From: Daphnia carinata
Lineage: Eukaryota
Reading direction: 5' to 3'
Length of the DNA stretch: 64,000 bases
Assembly: GCF_022539665.2 (NCBI RefSeq)
Contig: NC_081333.1
Coordinates: forward strand, 496,001 to 560,000
The notes below the pieces were generated by a model. That model searched no databases. It was not told the DNA's origin and saw only the letters and a program-made list of their open reading frames with translations. Below are positions 11,501 through 26,434 of the stretch, piece after piece. Position numbers and translations under genes: made by a program. Each line of letters begins with the position of its first letter. Within the stretch, counting starts at the first letter, position 1.

Positions 11501-14500
11501 TTAGATCTGCTTTCCATAATGCAAGAAGCTTGGAAGATACCAGATGGAAGGTGGCGTTCACCACACCATGGAAAGACCCTATCCCACAGCCAAACATTAA
11601 AAAAAAGAGAGAAAGAAAAAAAAATAAAAAAAAAAATAAATAAAAAACAAACTTATAAACCGAAATGGTTAATTTTAACTTGCGTTCCACGGAAGGTGTT
11701 TCTCTTTTTGATTATAAATTTAGCAAAGCTTCCACAATAGTTACAAAATACCTTACCTAGAGGAAATGTTAAAAGCGGTCCGGTGCAAGACATCCTGTCG
11801 GAGTATGACGCATCATGTTCAAGGTGAGAGTCGAATGTTATCTCACTTACACTGGGATACGAGTTAGAACTTGTGCTATGACAACTGTGGGTATCTGAAG
11901 TTGAAGACATCATGTTTGATGCACTATCAGCTTGCATCGGGGTAGGATAAGTGTTCGGCGCCAGCGATACTGTACTTTGCTCAGGCTGTTCAAATGCTGC
12001 CAAATCTTGGATTAGGCTGGCCAAACCACCTACAAGATGTTTAGATATATTACATGCAATACAAAAATGTTAAAGGATATGGTTATAAAAGTTAAATCCA
12101 GTTCCTCGAAAACAATATACCTAAAAGAAGATGACTATTCAAAGAATCTGTTTCCACTTGTAAAGCAGACAGCACAAGTTGCGTCAGGCGTGGGCGGATA
12201 TTGGAAAAAACTGTCGGTAACGCATTGCGTTCACCAAGAGATCCAGCCAATTCTTTGATTGGTAATGACTAGAGAAAATTTGTTGTTACTTCGGCAAACG
12301 AATGACTGAACATTATTATAATTTAAGCCTACGTGAAAATGAAGAGGTGCGGCCAAGATTGATAAAAGCACATGGATAGAGGCCCGTCGTAGATCTACTC
12401 GGTTTACACTAGGTCTTTCAAGTTTAACACATATTTTGTACTTTTGAATGTAATAATGAGTAATTATGATTTAGCGAAGGTGCTTTACCTGATTTTGAGA
12501 TCTTTGGCCAGCAAAATAACTTCCAAAGATTCTATAACTGATGGAATCAGCGTAAAAACGCCATCTAGGTTAACACGAAACAAATCAGCAGAATGCAACA
12601 AAATGCTTGCCATGGCTTCACCGATAAACTTTTCCTAAAATTTACGAAAGAAAACAACATAAATAATGAGCCATTCTAAAACAAGCGGGAGATTACGAAC
12701 CTCTTTAATTTTTAGACCATTATTTATCACCAAGTAAAAGCGAGCAAGGTACTGCGGCAATATTTCTTCGTCTGTACTCTTTGAACAAAAAATGCGACAG
12801 AGAGCTCCTAATGCTTCTGCTCGGCCATTTTCGTATCCTTCTATTGCCGTACCCCCAATGGAAGTATCGGAAGGTAGCTCAACAACGGTAGCACTACGTG
12901 GACGATTTGATTGGAGTGATGATTCGCTTGTGACACTAACGCTTGATGCACGCGACCTGTCAGCCATGTGCAGACTTGAGGTGTTGGATTCAACGGCCGA
13001 AGTTTTAACACTGAATTGGGTCTCACAGTCAATCAGAGCTGCCTCAAACAGCCACGAACCGAACAGATGCAATAGAGAATTACATCGAGCTCTGTGGGAC
13101 ATCGCGTTTGACGGTAATGAAGCCCCTAAAACAGTTCTTGTTAATGACAAATTTTTGAAACATAGATTGTGGGTCACACACCAGCAAAATCAGTTGGAAG
13201 TGTCGAACGCCCCGAATTCCCACTAGATGTGGTACGATCCGTCCTTTCATGTGGGAAAACGGAAGAACGCAAGCCTAGGAATGCATCAACCAGTCCAGCA
13301 ACCCCTTTCATTGCTTCTACAAAGATACTTGGTAATGAAAAAAGACATGGGTGCAGACTGGGATCTGAAAGCTAGAAAATAAAAAAAAATATAAATCTCT
13401 GCATATCAAGTAACAACAATTACATAAATACTTGAGAACTGATGATCGTATATTGCAAAAACTTGTGAGTCTGGCTTATTACGCTTGGACGTGCCAGTTG
13501 AACAGGATTGCCTATGCAGTGCAATAGTCTATACCAAGTTTGGGCCAAGACCTCACCGGATAATTGGGACGGAACTAGCATATATTCATCATCTACATTT
13601 GAGATAAAATGTAAATATAATTATTTCTTTATGAATAGATGATAAAACGGCTTACTTGTAGCGTATTTAAGAAATGCTGGACCGTACAACTCAGAAAGTA
13701 ATCGCGAAGTTAAGGCCAAATTGATTCGATTCCATTGAGTGATCAAACTCGTGCGATGCCGCCAGGACTGGGCAAGTTCGGTTAAAGTTTTCCACATCCG
13801 AGGGGACGGAAAGCTCTTGGCACATGCATGAAGCCAAATCTCGAAAAGCACACTTAAAACGCGGTCACAAAGCTGATCGCCTATATCATCTGCAATAATA
13901 ATTTTCAATTTACATTTTTTACTGTATGTTAAATAAAAAAACTGCTGACAATACCAATTACTTGGAACAGTAGGAGGAGCTAAAAGGACATCGTTGACGG
14001 TCAGAAGTAGCAAAAGAAGCGAATCCCATGTATCCTGGTCAATTATTGAGGAGTTTATAACAACCGATTGGATTGTTCGGAGGACTCTATGACAAAGAAC
14101 AGCTTGGCGATTTATCAAATCCGGTGCTGGAATAGAACAAGTTTAAAAGAAAATATTAATAAGAAAGACAATAAGCGACGCAAGTCCAAATTAAGTAGCT
14201 GTGAATTAAGTTACTTTTTGGTTTGGACCTAATACTAATTTTTGTAAGTAAAATGATAATCATAATATTTAATGAAAAATAAATGAAAAATAATAAGTAA
14301 TGAATAATGCAAAATAAGAAAAAATATAAAAATAAAGAAATGGTAATTAATCAATACATTACCTTCTCCAGGTCTAGGAATGAATATTTGAAATAGTTGA
14401 TAAATAATTTTTCTGGAATAATGATTAGGTAGCTTTAACAATGGCAGGGGAACAGCCGACTTTGGTTGAGGCAGTAATGCTGAGAGCCACTCACAGTAAA

Positions 14501-14980
14501 CATGAACACAATCCCGTATTGAATCATGTTCTGTTGTTGCTGTGTTAAGTGGTAAAGTTAATCCATAACCAATAACCTGATCAATATACACACAAAATTT
14601 AATGAGCAGGTGCTGATAAGCCTGGAAAACACTTTCAACTGTAAGAATTATAGATGGTAAAATGCTTACTTCCATGCACCAGTTGACTTCCCTGTCAGTA
14701 GTCAATTTTGCTGAATGAGGTGATGGATGGGTAATACCTATATTGGCTGCTATTGGCTGCACAACAAATGCAACTATTTGCTTGACTGGTTAGCAGTTTA
14801 AATATTGAAGAACAGTAATTGAAAAATTTATTTTGAAAAGTTAATATGTTCAAGAATCCCATTTCTGAATTAACCAAACATACGTGCATCAGGAGATAAA
14901 GGTAAAGATGTCAATACAGATCTATTTTCTATGTGGTTGCTTTGGTTGAAGAATGAAAAGGAGGACCAGTCGACATACAT
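8549..14980 (-). CDS. RALGAPB: Ral GTPase-activating protein beta subunit, multi-exon
   Basis: Starts MYVDWSS (human MYSEWRS); internal [52 protein letters not shown]; ends [41 protein letters not shown]. Confidence 0.95.
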
Positions 14981-17900
14981 CTTTTCTTGATATACCTTGT
15001 CCTCCTAATGATAAGTTAAGAAAAAAATAGTAACTGGTGACACTTGATTCAACTCAAACTGCCCAAATAATAAACAAAGATTCTGACTTGAATAAAACTA
15101 GTTCGTAAAGTAAGTATTTTTTTCGGAATTATATGAATTTGTGCCAAACCTTTTGATTAGAATTCATGCGGTTCAAAACCCCAAGATTCATTTACATCAA
15201 CATATTTTAAAGACATAAATTTGGTGAAAAATTGGACCAAACTACACTTTTTCCTCACGGAATTTCCTCTAAAGATTCTTGACGACTTGTTGGGAAGAAC
15301 GAGAACGACTGGATTTTGATCTAGTACCAACTATTGCCACTGCAAGCGGTAGCTAACATTCACGCTGGGTTTGTTTTTCTCAATTTTATCGTTTGCATGC
15401 AAAATTCACCCAAAAACTTATGAGACGTTACCACTCGATCTTCCATGAGGATGTTGCTGTTTCATTTGATTGTTAACATTCTAGCAGTTAGGATATTTCA
15501 CTGTGTTTTCCGATTTCGAAGTCTGGACGTAAAATGTTCTCTGTAGGTGACCGAACATCCGTCGTTTTCGGAAACCATAATGGGCTATTACAGCGGTGGT
15601 TGTTTGTCTTGGGCGGTATACAGGAGGGGAAAAAACTTTATGACGATGAGATTTTTTGCTATTTCCACCAAAATCGGAAGCTACTTCCTATGAATTTTCC
15701 TAAAGTTCTGTTATCTGCGGTCAGTGGTCGGCACTCAGGTCAGCGAGTTTCCGCACTGTTGAGTTAGCCATGCTTTGTGTTCTAGCAAGAGCTCATAGAT
15801 GGCGTTTGCATTCTTCCAAAGTGGGAAAATTGCTCATTTTACAAATTTAAGGTATAGGAACCTTTAGTAAGCTTGTATTTTTTTAAAGCTTCTCTTAATT
15901 AGCCCCATAAAGTAAAATAACATAGAAAATCAACATCTTAGCTTTTGGTTTAGTAGTTAGTTAGAATCTACACCGAAGACACGAGCTCATGTACAAACTC
16001 TTCATTCCTTCGTAGTTGTTATTTCCTCCACAGTTGTCGTTCGACCGGCGAGCAAGCTAGTAAAGTTATTTGTTTACTGGAACTGGAATGAGAACCCGTG
16101 GAGTTACAGTACCTAGCTGAACGTGTGAAATTTTGTTGAATAGTCTAAATATTTCAGTATCAAATTTTTAATTCGACGAAGGATTAATATGAACAAACAA
16201 CGTTCTGTAAGACTAGTGTTGCTTTTGGCACGTTTCGAAAGAAGTGATAACCACCAGTGAGAAAGTGTATGTGGCAAATTTCAACTGTCAATATTGGTAC
16301 GTAAAACATTTCTATTTATTAGACTAAGGCAACTAGGTTACAAAAAAACAAAACACAGATGTAAGAGTCTGAATTGGCGTCAGTTCACAGGCTCATTGGA
16401 GCATTTTGTTTTTGTTTTTGCGTTTTGTTCAACACACAGAATACTAAACACCACACGCATTTTTTTTTTAAAATCATGATTGTAATTTTGTTTTTGGATT
16501 CTTTTGCAATTTTCTTTGTCTTCTTTGGTTTTTTTTCTGTCGTTTTTCAATGGGACATAGCAGTGTGTTAGAGTTTGTATTCTCGTAATGCTGCCTGTCC
16601 CATTTCCGTAGCCAAGCAATGAGTTGCTGCTCGCTACGTTCGTTCACCTCCCCATTTTTTAGACGTGCATGACCTAAAAATCCACATAGTGGAACTGTTC
16701 AAAACCAACCAGAAATACTAGTTGAACAAACGGTCAAGCATACAATCTATACAGAACATGGAGGGAGAATTTGGCTAGGCAAACCGTATGGAAGTATCCC
16801 CTTGTCATCGATATTACGCTATTTATCTATTACAATTCATTATAATTGAGAATAAGGAAAAACATGTAGGTCAATCTTTTTAGTAAGCATTTTCTTAACC
16901 TGGTAACTTTTGGCGTAGGAAATTTAAGAGATGAAAATGTCAAATCGTTTCGATTCCCAGTGTTAAGTATATCTCAATCTCTGCATGAAAAAAAAATGGC
17001 TTCTCTTAAATATTCCGATGGGTCGATTAATTGATCTAGCCGTTCGTCAGTCAACATGTGTGATAAAATAAAATTTCAAAAAGAGAAAAAAAAACAGGAG
17101 ACATTTCAAAAAACGTATTAACGGCTAAAATAACGCAGGATGAGAATTTTTATCCAACCTGATCTAACCTCACAAAACAAATTCTACGAATGAAATGAAA
17201 AAAGGGAGGTTTTTGGTCGCCTCGATAGTGAACATAACATAATGCGGTTTCATTAGATACCGCTACCTTTCGTTGTGTACCGTACAAAAAAAATTCTCAG
17301 GTTTCGATGGTCAAACGCAATAAAACTGTTAGTTGAGCCACAGTACTTCGAGGTCCCTGTTGGAGTAAGTTTAGTTGGCGTAGCCTACCAAACGTGTTTT
17401 GAGAGTGAACTAAATATTAGCGTCTTGTTTATCGCCTCTTTCGTGAAGAAGAACTCAATAATTAAAACTAATTGCATTACTTTAACTCCATTAGCATTTC
17501 CGGCAGATAGTAAAGAAATGTAACCATTGAAATTGTACTAGACGAATCCGGCTTATCACCGGGATATGGTTCCAATTGTTTAATTTGATTGGGTTGATGA
17601 ACATTCAAAGCATGTGATGAGTAATGGTAGGCATGCTCAGACATGCCACATTGAGTCCAAAAGGGGAAAAACCCTAGGCCATTAGAGCGTAGTGGGTTGT
17701 ACCTTCTATTCCTGCGTTTGCAGCTGAAATGCTGACCCAAAAAAGTGGTAGATAGACATGCCTCAGAGCTATTCCGGGTTCTCTTTTTACCGCGCATAAA
17801 AGGCTGAAAAGCGGAGAAAGCGACAAGTTATTTATTTTCTCTACCAGTCGTATGGCTGATTCAGTCTACGGCATTCTACTTTACTGGAGATTTTAAAATG

Positions 17901-19998
17901 TTTTTAAATGAGTCACATCGCTCACCCTTAGATTCAATTGATGCCATACAGTAATCATGGCATCCAAGACTTGGATCAGGATAATGTTTTGGAGTTGAAG
18001 TTGCATCAGCTCATCTGTTCTAAACTTTTGAAAACAGTCCGGATGTTTCTTCAATTTGAATGTTCATACGTATTTTAGCAGAGGCAATTAGTTATTTGTA
18101 CAGTTCCATTCTGATTTTATTCAAGGTTACTGATTCTGAAATTCTAATTCGCTTAGAATAAACTAAAACTAAATCTACGTGAGGTGTTCAAGGAAACTGC
18201 TCCTGAAACGTTCATTGATCAAAAAGAAAGGAGAACCTTACAGAGTTGTGCGATCACCCATGAAATGATCCAGATGACTTCAGCGTTCGATACAAAGATA
18301 AAAGACTGCAAAGCCATATCCTGAAATTGCGTAACAAACAAAAAACTCTTTAACTGTGCTTGCACAACAGATACCGAATTACAGCTGCTATAGGCTTTGT
18401 TTGTATATGTATGTGCACTCAGGCTGAAATTTGTTTAATTTTGATTTTAGTAACTGTGTGCCATCCGTTCGTCATTTCAATTTTCTTCTTGTTTCTTGCT
18501 CGATAGACTGTAGAAATTGCTTTGCGAATTATTCATCTTTAACACTTCCAAGTTTTAACGGTTTTAATGGATGCCACACACCAGGATAGCATCGTCTCTA
18601 TGTTAGTACATCGAAAAGATGATTGGAGTGAAATAACGAACAACATTTTTCTAATACTGAGACTCTCATCCTGTCAAGTCATGTAAATTCCTTTAATTTG
18701 GCCAAAAATTATGAAGCGACAGTACCAACGCGCCAAAACTGTTTAAGAACATCCGCCATAGTTGGCCTAAGCATGCCTACAAAACAACTGGTTAAATCAT
18801 GGGACGCAGTCGGGTGTACTGGGGGAATTCCGGTGAAAGTGAGTCCACGTGCAAGATGAAAGCGACCTGGACAGGGGGTAGGGAAGAAAGAGGGGTAGGA
18901 TAAAAGCGAGACACACTAGAGTGCTTTGCTGACGTAGATACAGCAGGTAAAAGGAATTTTAAAAAGAGATCCCGGATCTTAACTTTTCCTCTCGATAACT
19001 TTTTTTTTTCCCTTTTTGTGTTTTCCCTCTCTTATTTCTTGGTGACCTCAATTTCTTTCCTATTAAGGTCTTGTGTTGTTTCAAGTTCTTTCTGTTTCAC
19101 GTGGTGGTGCAATGCATTAAGACAATAGGGCTTGTCATGTGAAGACGCCCTACGAAGTGATATTATTAACCACAGTAGACTTGCACTTGCTGATGCAGCA
19201 ATATTTTTTAAAAGTATCAAATCAATCCGTAGACAACCTCATCTGCACGGTAGGAATTATTTGGGTCACCAATTCCGCTTGCATCTCGTTCATTCTTAAT
19301 CCCTGCCGGCAGGATCTATGACAGCGTGTGGTTTGGGCGCAATAAAGGTGATGCAATCATGGCATGACACTCTGTCAACCATGTCATTGGCTACCGCAAA
19401 CTTCCGAGTGTTCGTAGAAACGACTTGTATTTCCTATTGATGTGTATTTAAAACCTCTGATATTCAGCTAAGAGGTAACCCAATATGGCACAGTTTCTTT
19501 AATGGGACGTCAATCGGGCCAAGTCGTCGATAAACAAAACCCAACAAACTGTACATTGTAGAAGACGAAACTAAAAGGGGAGGTGTTAGTTACTAGAGAG
19601 ATTTCCTCTTGCAAGACATCCGGACGTTTAGAAAGTTTGTTTTGAGATGATGAAAGTAGGTCACCAGAAAATTCTTCGTTTCTTGAATCATTCCCCCCAG
19701 GCTACTTGCAGTGGGGCTCTTGTGTGTGACCCTCCCCTTTCTTTCATCTCTCAGCGGTTTGGATGTACGCGTTGTTAGAAGCCTCTATGGCCAGTAGCAC
19801 ACCGCTGGTTGAAAGCGAAGGTTCAGCTGTTTACCCCTCTGTTTTTGTGAGAAAGTGATACTTTCTTTTCCTGTGTTATTCCAGACTCGAGTTTGAAATC
19901 TTGTTTTCTTTCTTTGATTAGTTGAACACCCCAGCTGATTGCCAAGTGTCATCCTCGTCAAATTCAGCAGCTATTGGTGTATCGACTTTTTCTTCAAA

Positions 19999-22900
19999 AT
20001 GCATGTCATTGTGGTGACGTTGCTGGTGAGTTGCGCGATCTCACCAGTTCTGGTGCAATCGGATGACATCATTATCGACGACGCGTCTCTACGGTCCTCC
20101 ATCTTAAATGATATACAAGCCTACAACGCATCTTGTTTCCCAAAGGACACCTGCCGTACTGATAAGGTCAGTTTGTTCAACTCACTTGATCTCGATCTGC
20201 TTCTTTCAAACATGCTGGATTTGGTCTAAGAGCGACGACCTGTCCATTTTTTTTTCATGGAACATCGATGGCCTCTCTTGAGGAAAAAGAAGTATGGCTA
20301 AGTTTATTTTAAATTCTTTCTGTAGGTGAGCCGTATTAGCGATTCCCCTGACTGGTCAAAGCGGAACTGCCTTTGCGATGATTCTTGCGCTCATTTCGGG
20401 GACTGTTGTCCGGATTCAAAGCGGTTTGAGCTCAACCAACAACGTTTAGCTGGTGCTCGTTTCAGCTGCCTACACCTGAGGCAATACAATTTCAACTGGA
20501 TTGTCAATAAATGCCCTAGAGATTGGAATGACCCAGAAGTAGCACTGGCCTGCGAAACTGAACCAGCCGAATGGCAAATTCATTTGGATCCCATTAGTCA
20601 CATGCCCGTGACGAGCCAAGTTTCTGGTATCACGTACAGAAACTTGAACTGCGCCATGTGCCACCAAGATGTGCCAGGCACTCGAGGAAACAATCATCCG
20701 TCTTCCCTTCGTTTTTGGTACGTGTGAAAATGATTAGTACACAATTAGCAGAATTAGCAAAACCGAAGTGAGTCGTACACAGATGGAGTTCATTTGGATA
20801 ACACGTGGTCGGCAGATGATGTAGTGAAACATGCCACAAGAGACATTGCTTTAAACACCCTTTTGTTTTCACAGGAATCCGAGATTAGAATGCAACTCGA
20901 TCTTGGCCGGAAGCACAATTCTTCAATCGATGACAAAGGATGATCTCGCCTCAAAGGTAAATTTTCCGCACTCATTCATTACTTTTCAAAACGATACGAC
21001 GTTGTTTCTTTTGCAGATTCAATGGGATAATGAACAAAAGATGTGGGGTCTTGTGGTCGACATCAACGGCAAAGGAGAACAATTTCATTCTTGCTTTGTT
21101 GATCCAGCCTTACCAGATGACCTACAGTCTTACTTACGACCATGCCAGCCTTCCGTGAACGACTGCCCTCCAGACTGGATGGATGACGACATTCGCAACA
21201 AGTGCTTGTCATACACGTCATTCGTCTATCGTCCGCAAGAAATCTACCGCAACATCCATTGCGCCTTTTGCAACAGTGCCCAGCTGCAAGAGTTGTCGTG
21301 CAATTCATCAGGCATCACCTTCCGCAAACTGCCCGATTCACGCGAATTTAATCCGTCCGCGTTCGCGCTCCTCTTCGATCTAAAGGACAACGACGGCAGT
21401 GGCATCGTAGGACAAGAAAAGAGTTGCGAAGATGGCCAACTCTACGATCCCTTTTCTCGAAAATGCCGTACAGTTTATTGTTCACAGCCTGGCACCGTCT
21501 ACAGAGAAGGACGTTGCCTACAAGCGCCCGGCGTAGCGCCAGCAACCACATCCATCGCCGATGGCAATCGACCGGCCACCGATGGGGATGCTATCGTCTT
21601 CCCCGAGCACCCTAACGTGGGAGAATCTAATGGTCAATACACAGATGGACGACCTGATGTATCGGTGACTCAGCTACCTGAGCTTCCGTCCACCGTTGTC
21701 GATTCATCGTCAACTGGGTCGGCAGTCACGGACAGCGAAGCTGTTCAACCAACGTTGACGAATTTCACTTTGATACATCCAGTGAATATGACCGACAAGA
21801 AGCAGATGTCGGCAGAAGGCAATTTCACTTCCTGTCCTAAATTTCTTCTTTCCGAAGACGAAGTACAATGGCTGGACAACGGCACCCTCTACGTTCCCTC
21901 CCATGGTAAGCCCTACGATGAGGGTGACTACGAGAAAGATAAAAATGGTGGCGTTTGGATTTGTGCCGAAGGATTAACCATGGTGTCCAAGTTCGATCCG
22001 GTTCTCGGATGGGTAACTGTAGCTGGATTGGGTCTGTCTGAAGTATGCCTAGCTCTACATTTGATTGCGTTCGTCATCAGCCCCGATCTGCGCAATTTGT
22101 CTGGACGCAATTTGGCGTCGTTGTCTTTAGCCCTTTTTGCTGCGTATGGCTCTTTCATTGCGGCACAATTCGTCCCCACTGGCGGCAACATTTGTATCGG
22201 AATTGCTTTATCAACCTTCTACTTCTTTCTGGCCGCCTTTTGGTGGACTTCAGTCCTTGCTTGGGATGTATGGCGCACAATTAGATTGGCTACTGTTCAG
22301 CTAAGGTGCTCGTCTTCCGGCCAACAGTGGGGGAAATTTATTTGTTATTCCATGTATGCCTGGCTGTTGCCCGCGTTAATCGTAGCCGCAGCCGTGGTTG
22401 TCGAGTACGTTGATACGGACATCCTTTCGTGGATGCCAACAGAATATCGCCCCTTCTTTGGTCGGAATGTCTGCTGGTTCGGCCAACGCAAGGCCATTCT
22501 GATTTATTTCGCAGCTCCGCTAGCCGTTATCCTGTCCATCAACCTTTTGCTTTTTATCAGTTCGGCTCACATGATCCGTAGCACGACCGCCAAGTCTCCC
22601 ACGTCCAGCAATCAGGCCAGTTCCCGTAAACAGCTTGGTTTATACGTCCGTCTTGCCCTTATCATGGGCCTCTCTTGGTTGGCTGGATTGATTGCTGGCG
22701 CTGCCGATTTTATGCCGTTATGGTACGTTTTCGTTGCTCTCTGCTCGCTCCAAGGCGTCTTCATTTTGTTGGCCTACACCTGCAATCCAAAGGTAGCTCG
22801 ATCCATCCGCAACAGGGTTTTGGTTTGTCGAAAAACCAATAGCCGACAATCCACTTACCGTACAGCTCTCGTTGGAGGCTTTAGAAGCCAAGACCTCAAA

Positions 22901-23017
22901 CGGCTGGGCAAGGGAGGCAAAGGCAAAGTCGAAGCCCGTGATTCGCACGATTCACAAGTTTCGCAGACGTCTCAAACTTCCCTGACGAAAACGACCTCGA
23001 ACACAACAACTCCGTGA
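19999..23017 (+). CDS. Family-B/Methuselah-like GPCR with N-terminal somatomedin-B-like and Cys-rich repeats
   Basis: Signal peptide MHVIVVTLLVSCAI; SMB-like NCLCDDSCAHFGDCCPD; two YRNxxCAxC motifs; seven hydrophobic segments with LRNLSGRNL, FFLAAFWW, CWF, LQGVFI; ~2-kb last exon. Confidence 0.85.
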
Positions 23018-24160
23018 ATAATAAAACATATTCGCATAAATTAGCATGCAAGAATGCTTTTTTATTTTTAATACTTCAAATGTACATTTTTAAAAAAAGT
23101 GGATTCCGTCCAACTTTATCCGTCCGGTTTGCGGATAATGTTATTTGGCTTCGGCGTTCACTAATGGACTTGGACTACAAAATACACAGAACACCCCTAT
23201 TTCCCTACCCCGCCTTAATTTTCAGAATGACTGAAAATCAGTGTTTTACTTATGTAGTGTGATTATCCTAAAACTTTTGAGTCTCCTCTCTTTCTCTCCG
23301 TTTCACTAGTCTTTAGTTCTTTTCGTCGTCTGGATACGCATCTCCAGTGATCGTTTGTGACATATATAAATGCATGCGCCTTTTTCTTTTTGATATCTTG
23401 AGTGTGATATATATGTGGAATGTTTGTGTGATTGTACGTATTGTATGTGGATCCGAAGTGGCTTTACCAGGTCTCAATTTTCAATGTCTTATTCAAACAA
23501 TTCGTGAATTCCTTCGTGTATCAGGATTCTTTTATTTTCACTATATAGTCTCAATCGAACAAACGGCTAACACAGTAATAGACTCACTTAAAGAAAATCT
23601 ATAAAAATAAAGGTGTAAATACTCGTGATACACCTTTCGTTCGGCCCCGTTGTAATCGTGTGCTGCAATTTCTTAATGTCGTCTTATACAAGTTATTACA
23701 CAGCTATTAGACACTCGGTACAAAACACGTGTTTCGTCTTGTCATTTAAAAACTATTAAGTTTAAGGTTAAACATTGGTATGACCTATTGGTTATACGGA
23801 ACGTACTCAGTGTTGAGTCATATTTCATTGAAATATTTTATTTTTATTTCTTTTTCTAGTTAGTAGTTTACAACCCATACAAATGTAAATGAATAACCCG
23901 TTCAAAAAATAAACAAAGACCGTTCCCCGTTTGAATAAAGGTGGAAAAGGCTGTTCAACGATTAGCCTAAGGAGTAGATTCGCCATTGCGTAAATATACG
24001 TTAGGATCAATCTTAAATCCTCAAACAGAAAACATCGAAAGGAATTTAATTCGATAATCTATAATGGAAGAAACGAACAACGCTTTTTTAAAAAATATTT
24101 TTGCCGCGATAACAATTATTGATCTTAATATTGCGTTGCCCCAAAAACTCGGTAAGGCAG

Positions 24161-26434
24161 TTAGACACGGCAACTAAGGTTACCGGCATCTGGATCAGAA
24201 TTGTAGAAATAGAAAGGCACTGCCAACGACAATATTATCAATATAAAAAGAAGAGTTCGTAAACTTTTCAACTGCTTCCTCAAGTTCTCTTGTTCGTCCA
24301 AAATTTTATTTAGCTGCGGGGCTATATCTTGCAATAGCTTGGCGGTCGCCGCGTTGTTCAAACCTGGCACGTTCCCTGCAAATTCATCGTCTTTGGCATC
24401 GCTTGGGGCTACGGAGCAACGCAAGCGATGCTGTTGTATGGTATTCTCGCTCGTTTTCTATAATAGATCATGAATAAAATTTGTAATGCCTTCAATGATT
24501 TGCTAGTTCGTATTGAATGTTTACCTTCCATACTTCGGACAACTGCACGTTTGTTAACGAGTCACTTTCGACCTGAATGACCAAGATTTTGAAAGGAACG
24601 AATAAATTTTATGAAAAGTGTTAAGAAAATAGTTGGCATGCGAGAATAAAAAATTGGCATTCAGCCATTACTGAGTGCAAAAAATTTTGTCAACCAATAG
24701 TTCTGTTTTATGCAACGGATATTAACATGGAATACTTGTTCACCGAGGAAGAAAGATGAACTACGAAGACGTAATAAGTTATTACCGTGCACGCCATAAC
24801 CAAAAATTTGTCGCGGACGAGTTGAGATGCTGAATAACCGGACTGGATGTGGACTGTAACATTCAATGAACCACCCGTGCAAATAATTCCTGCGCTTGGC
24901 CGAACTCTGTACTTATCTGGAGATGTAGTTTTAATCTGAATTGAAAAGACAGCGATATCGAAAAAAATTAATACATAACAAAAAATTTGCAAGTATTATA
25001 AAGCAAATACCTTGTAAGCTACATTACAGTTAGCGGTGTTGTTCATGACTAACGTTCCCGTTGTTTCTCCATCCTCGCGCCTAAAAACGATTTCTTCGGC
25101 AGGTGCAAGTTGGAGATACTGACCTAAGAATTTATTTAATTTTTGAATTCAGATGAAACCTACATTGTCAAAACTGCTGAAATTTACCAGGGACTGGTTT
25201 TTTAACCGATTCTGAAGAATCGGTAGACGTAGTTTCATTTGATGTAGTGCCTTCTGCAAAGTGAACCTATTCAAATGTTCAATAATTTGTGCCTTCAAAT
25301 TTAAACAGCTTGTTACCTTTTTCCGGGAATCGTCGAATTGCCCATTCAAATTTACAGGACCGGATGCGGGCAAAAATTCGGGTTCGAACACAAAATGATA
25401 ATTAACCGGACCACCCCATTCTGCCAGTTGTTCACTAACTGGGACAAAATCTTTGAGGTCTGATCTTCCTACAAATTTGACCTATTGTTATAATAAAACC
25501 GATTATCATCAACACATTTCAACTGCTCTCTAAATGTGTTTGAGAATACCATATTCACAGACTTTGCAGGCATCCACGACTTGATTACTTTCCAAGCAGC
25601 TGCAAAACAATTGACAATGAAGTTCATATGATAACTCATAATTTAGTGTTTTAAAATGGTTACCATTCAAGATCCATGACATTTCAAAGATTATTATGTA
25701 ATTCAGAAAATAAGGGTAATAATCTCTGAATAGCATGATTAAATACTGAACAAACTCCATGTCCATATTACTGAGTCCAGCACCTGTCATCTCAAAAAAG
25801 ACAGAAATCTTGCCACCTTTTTCCTGCTTTTCTAGGCGATCAAACCAATATACTAAAAAAGTTGGGGTGAAGAGATTGAGTAAGCATTCAATATGTATAA
25901 AAAGCAAATTAGCTTGCTGTGTCAGGTAATTACCAAGAACTTTATGAATTTCTTCTGACTTGTAAGTTCCTTTGACACTAGACTTCACCTTAACAATAAA
26001 CAGTGGTTTGCCATCCTTGTCCCTGCAATGGGGAAACATACCACCAGCACAAACAATTTGCTGATTTATGTTTGAATGGCTAATATCTATGAAGAGAAAT
26101 ATATGTAAAATCAAGTTAAGTTTAGTAGGCCAGTTTGTTACCATTTGCCCCAAATTTTTGTCTCCATTTTAAGGTTCCAAGTATCATATTAACTGCTTTT
26201 TCTTTATCAAGATCATGATGTAATAAGAAACGGCGAATCCAATCTTTATCATTTTTTAGTCTCTCAAGATCTTTAGGGTGAGCAATAGACTGTAAATCTG
26301 AAATTAAAATCATCACATTAGAAAAGTCCTTATCATAAAAGATAATTCAATTTTAAGTTACCTTGTTCTGGTGATTCAATTTTTTCTATGGCTCTTTGGC
26401 GAACCTCAAGGATGTCTTCTTCACTGGGTTCCAT
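24161..26434 (-). CDS. MOSPD2: Motile sperm domain-containing protein 2 (CRAL-TRIO + MSP + C-terminal TM)
   Basis: WIRRFLLHHDL..LKWRQKFG; FEMTGAGLSNMDMEFVQYLIMLFRDYYPYFL (CRAL-TRIO); IKTTSPDKYRVRPSAGII and RDKF (MSP); TM LLFILIILSLAVPFYFY. Confidence 0.93.

Noticed and set aside
10675..13226. Plus-strand ORFs of 144-157 aa (10675-11148, 12792-13226)
   Set aside because: Antisense shadows of RALGAPB exons.
18875..18900. G-quadruplex candidate (also 63353-63369)
   Set aside because: Only three clear G3+ runs here; the second site is a simple G homopolymer patch.
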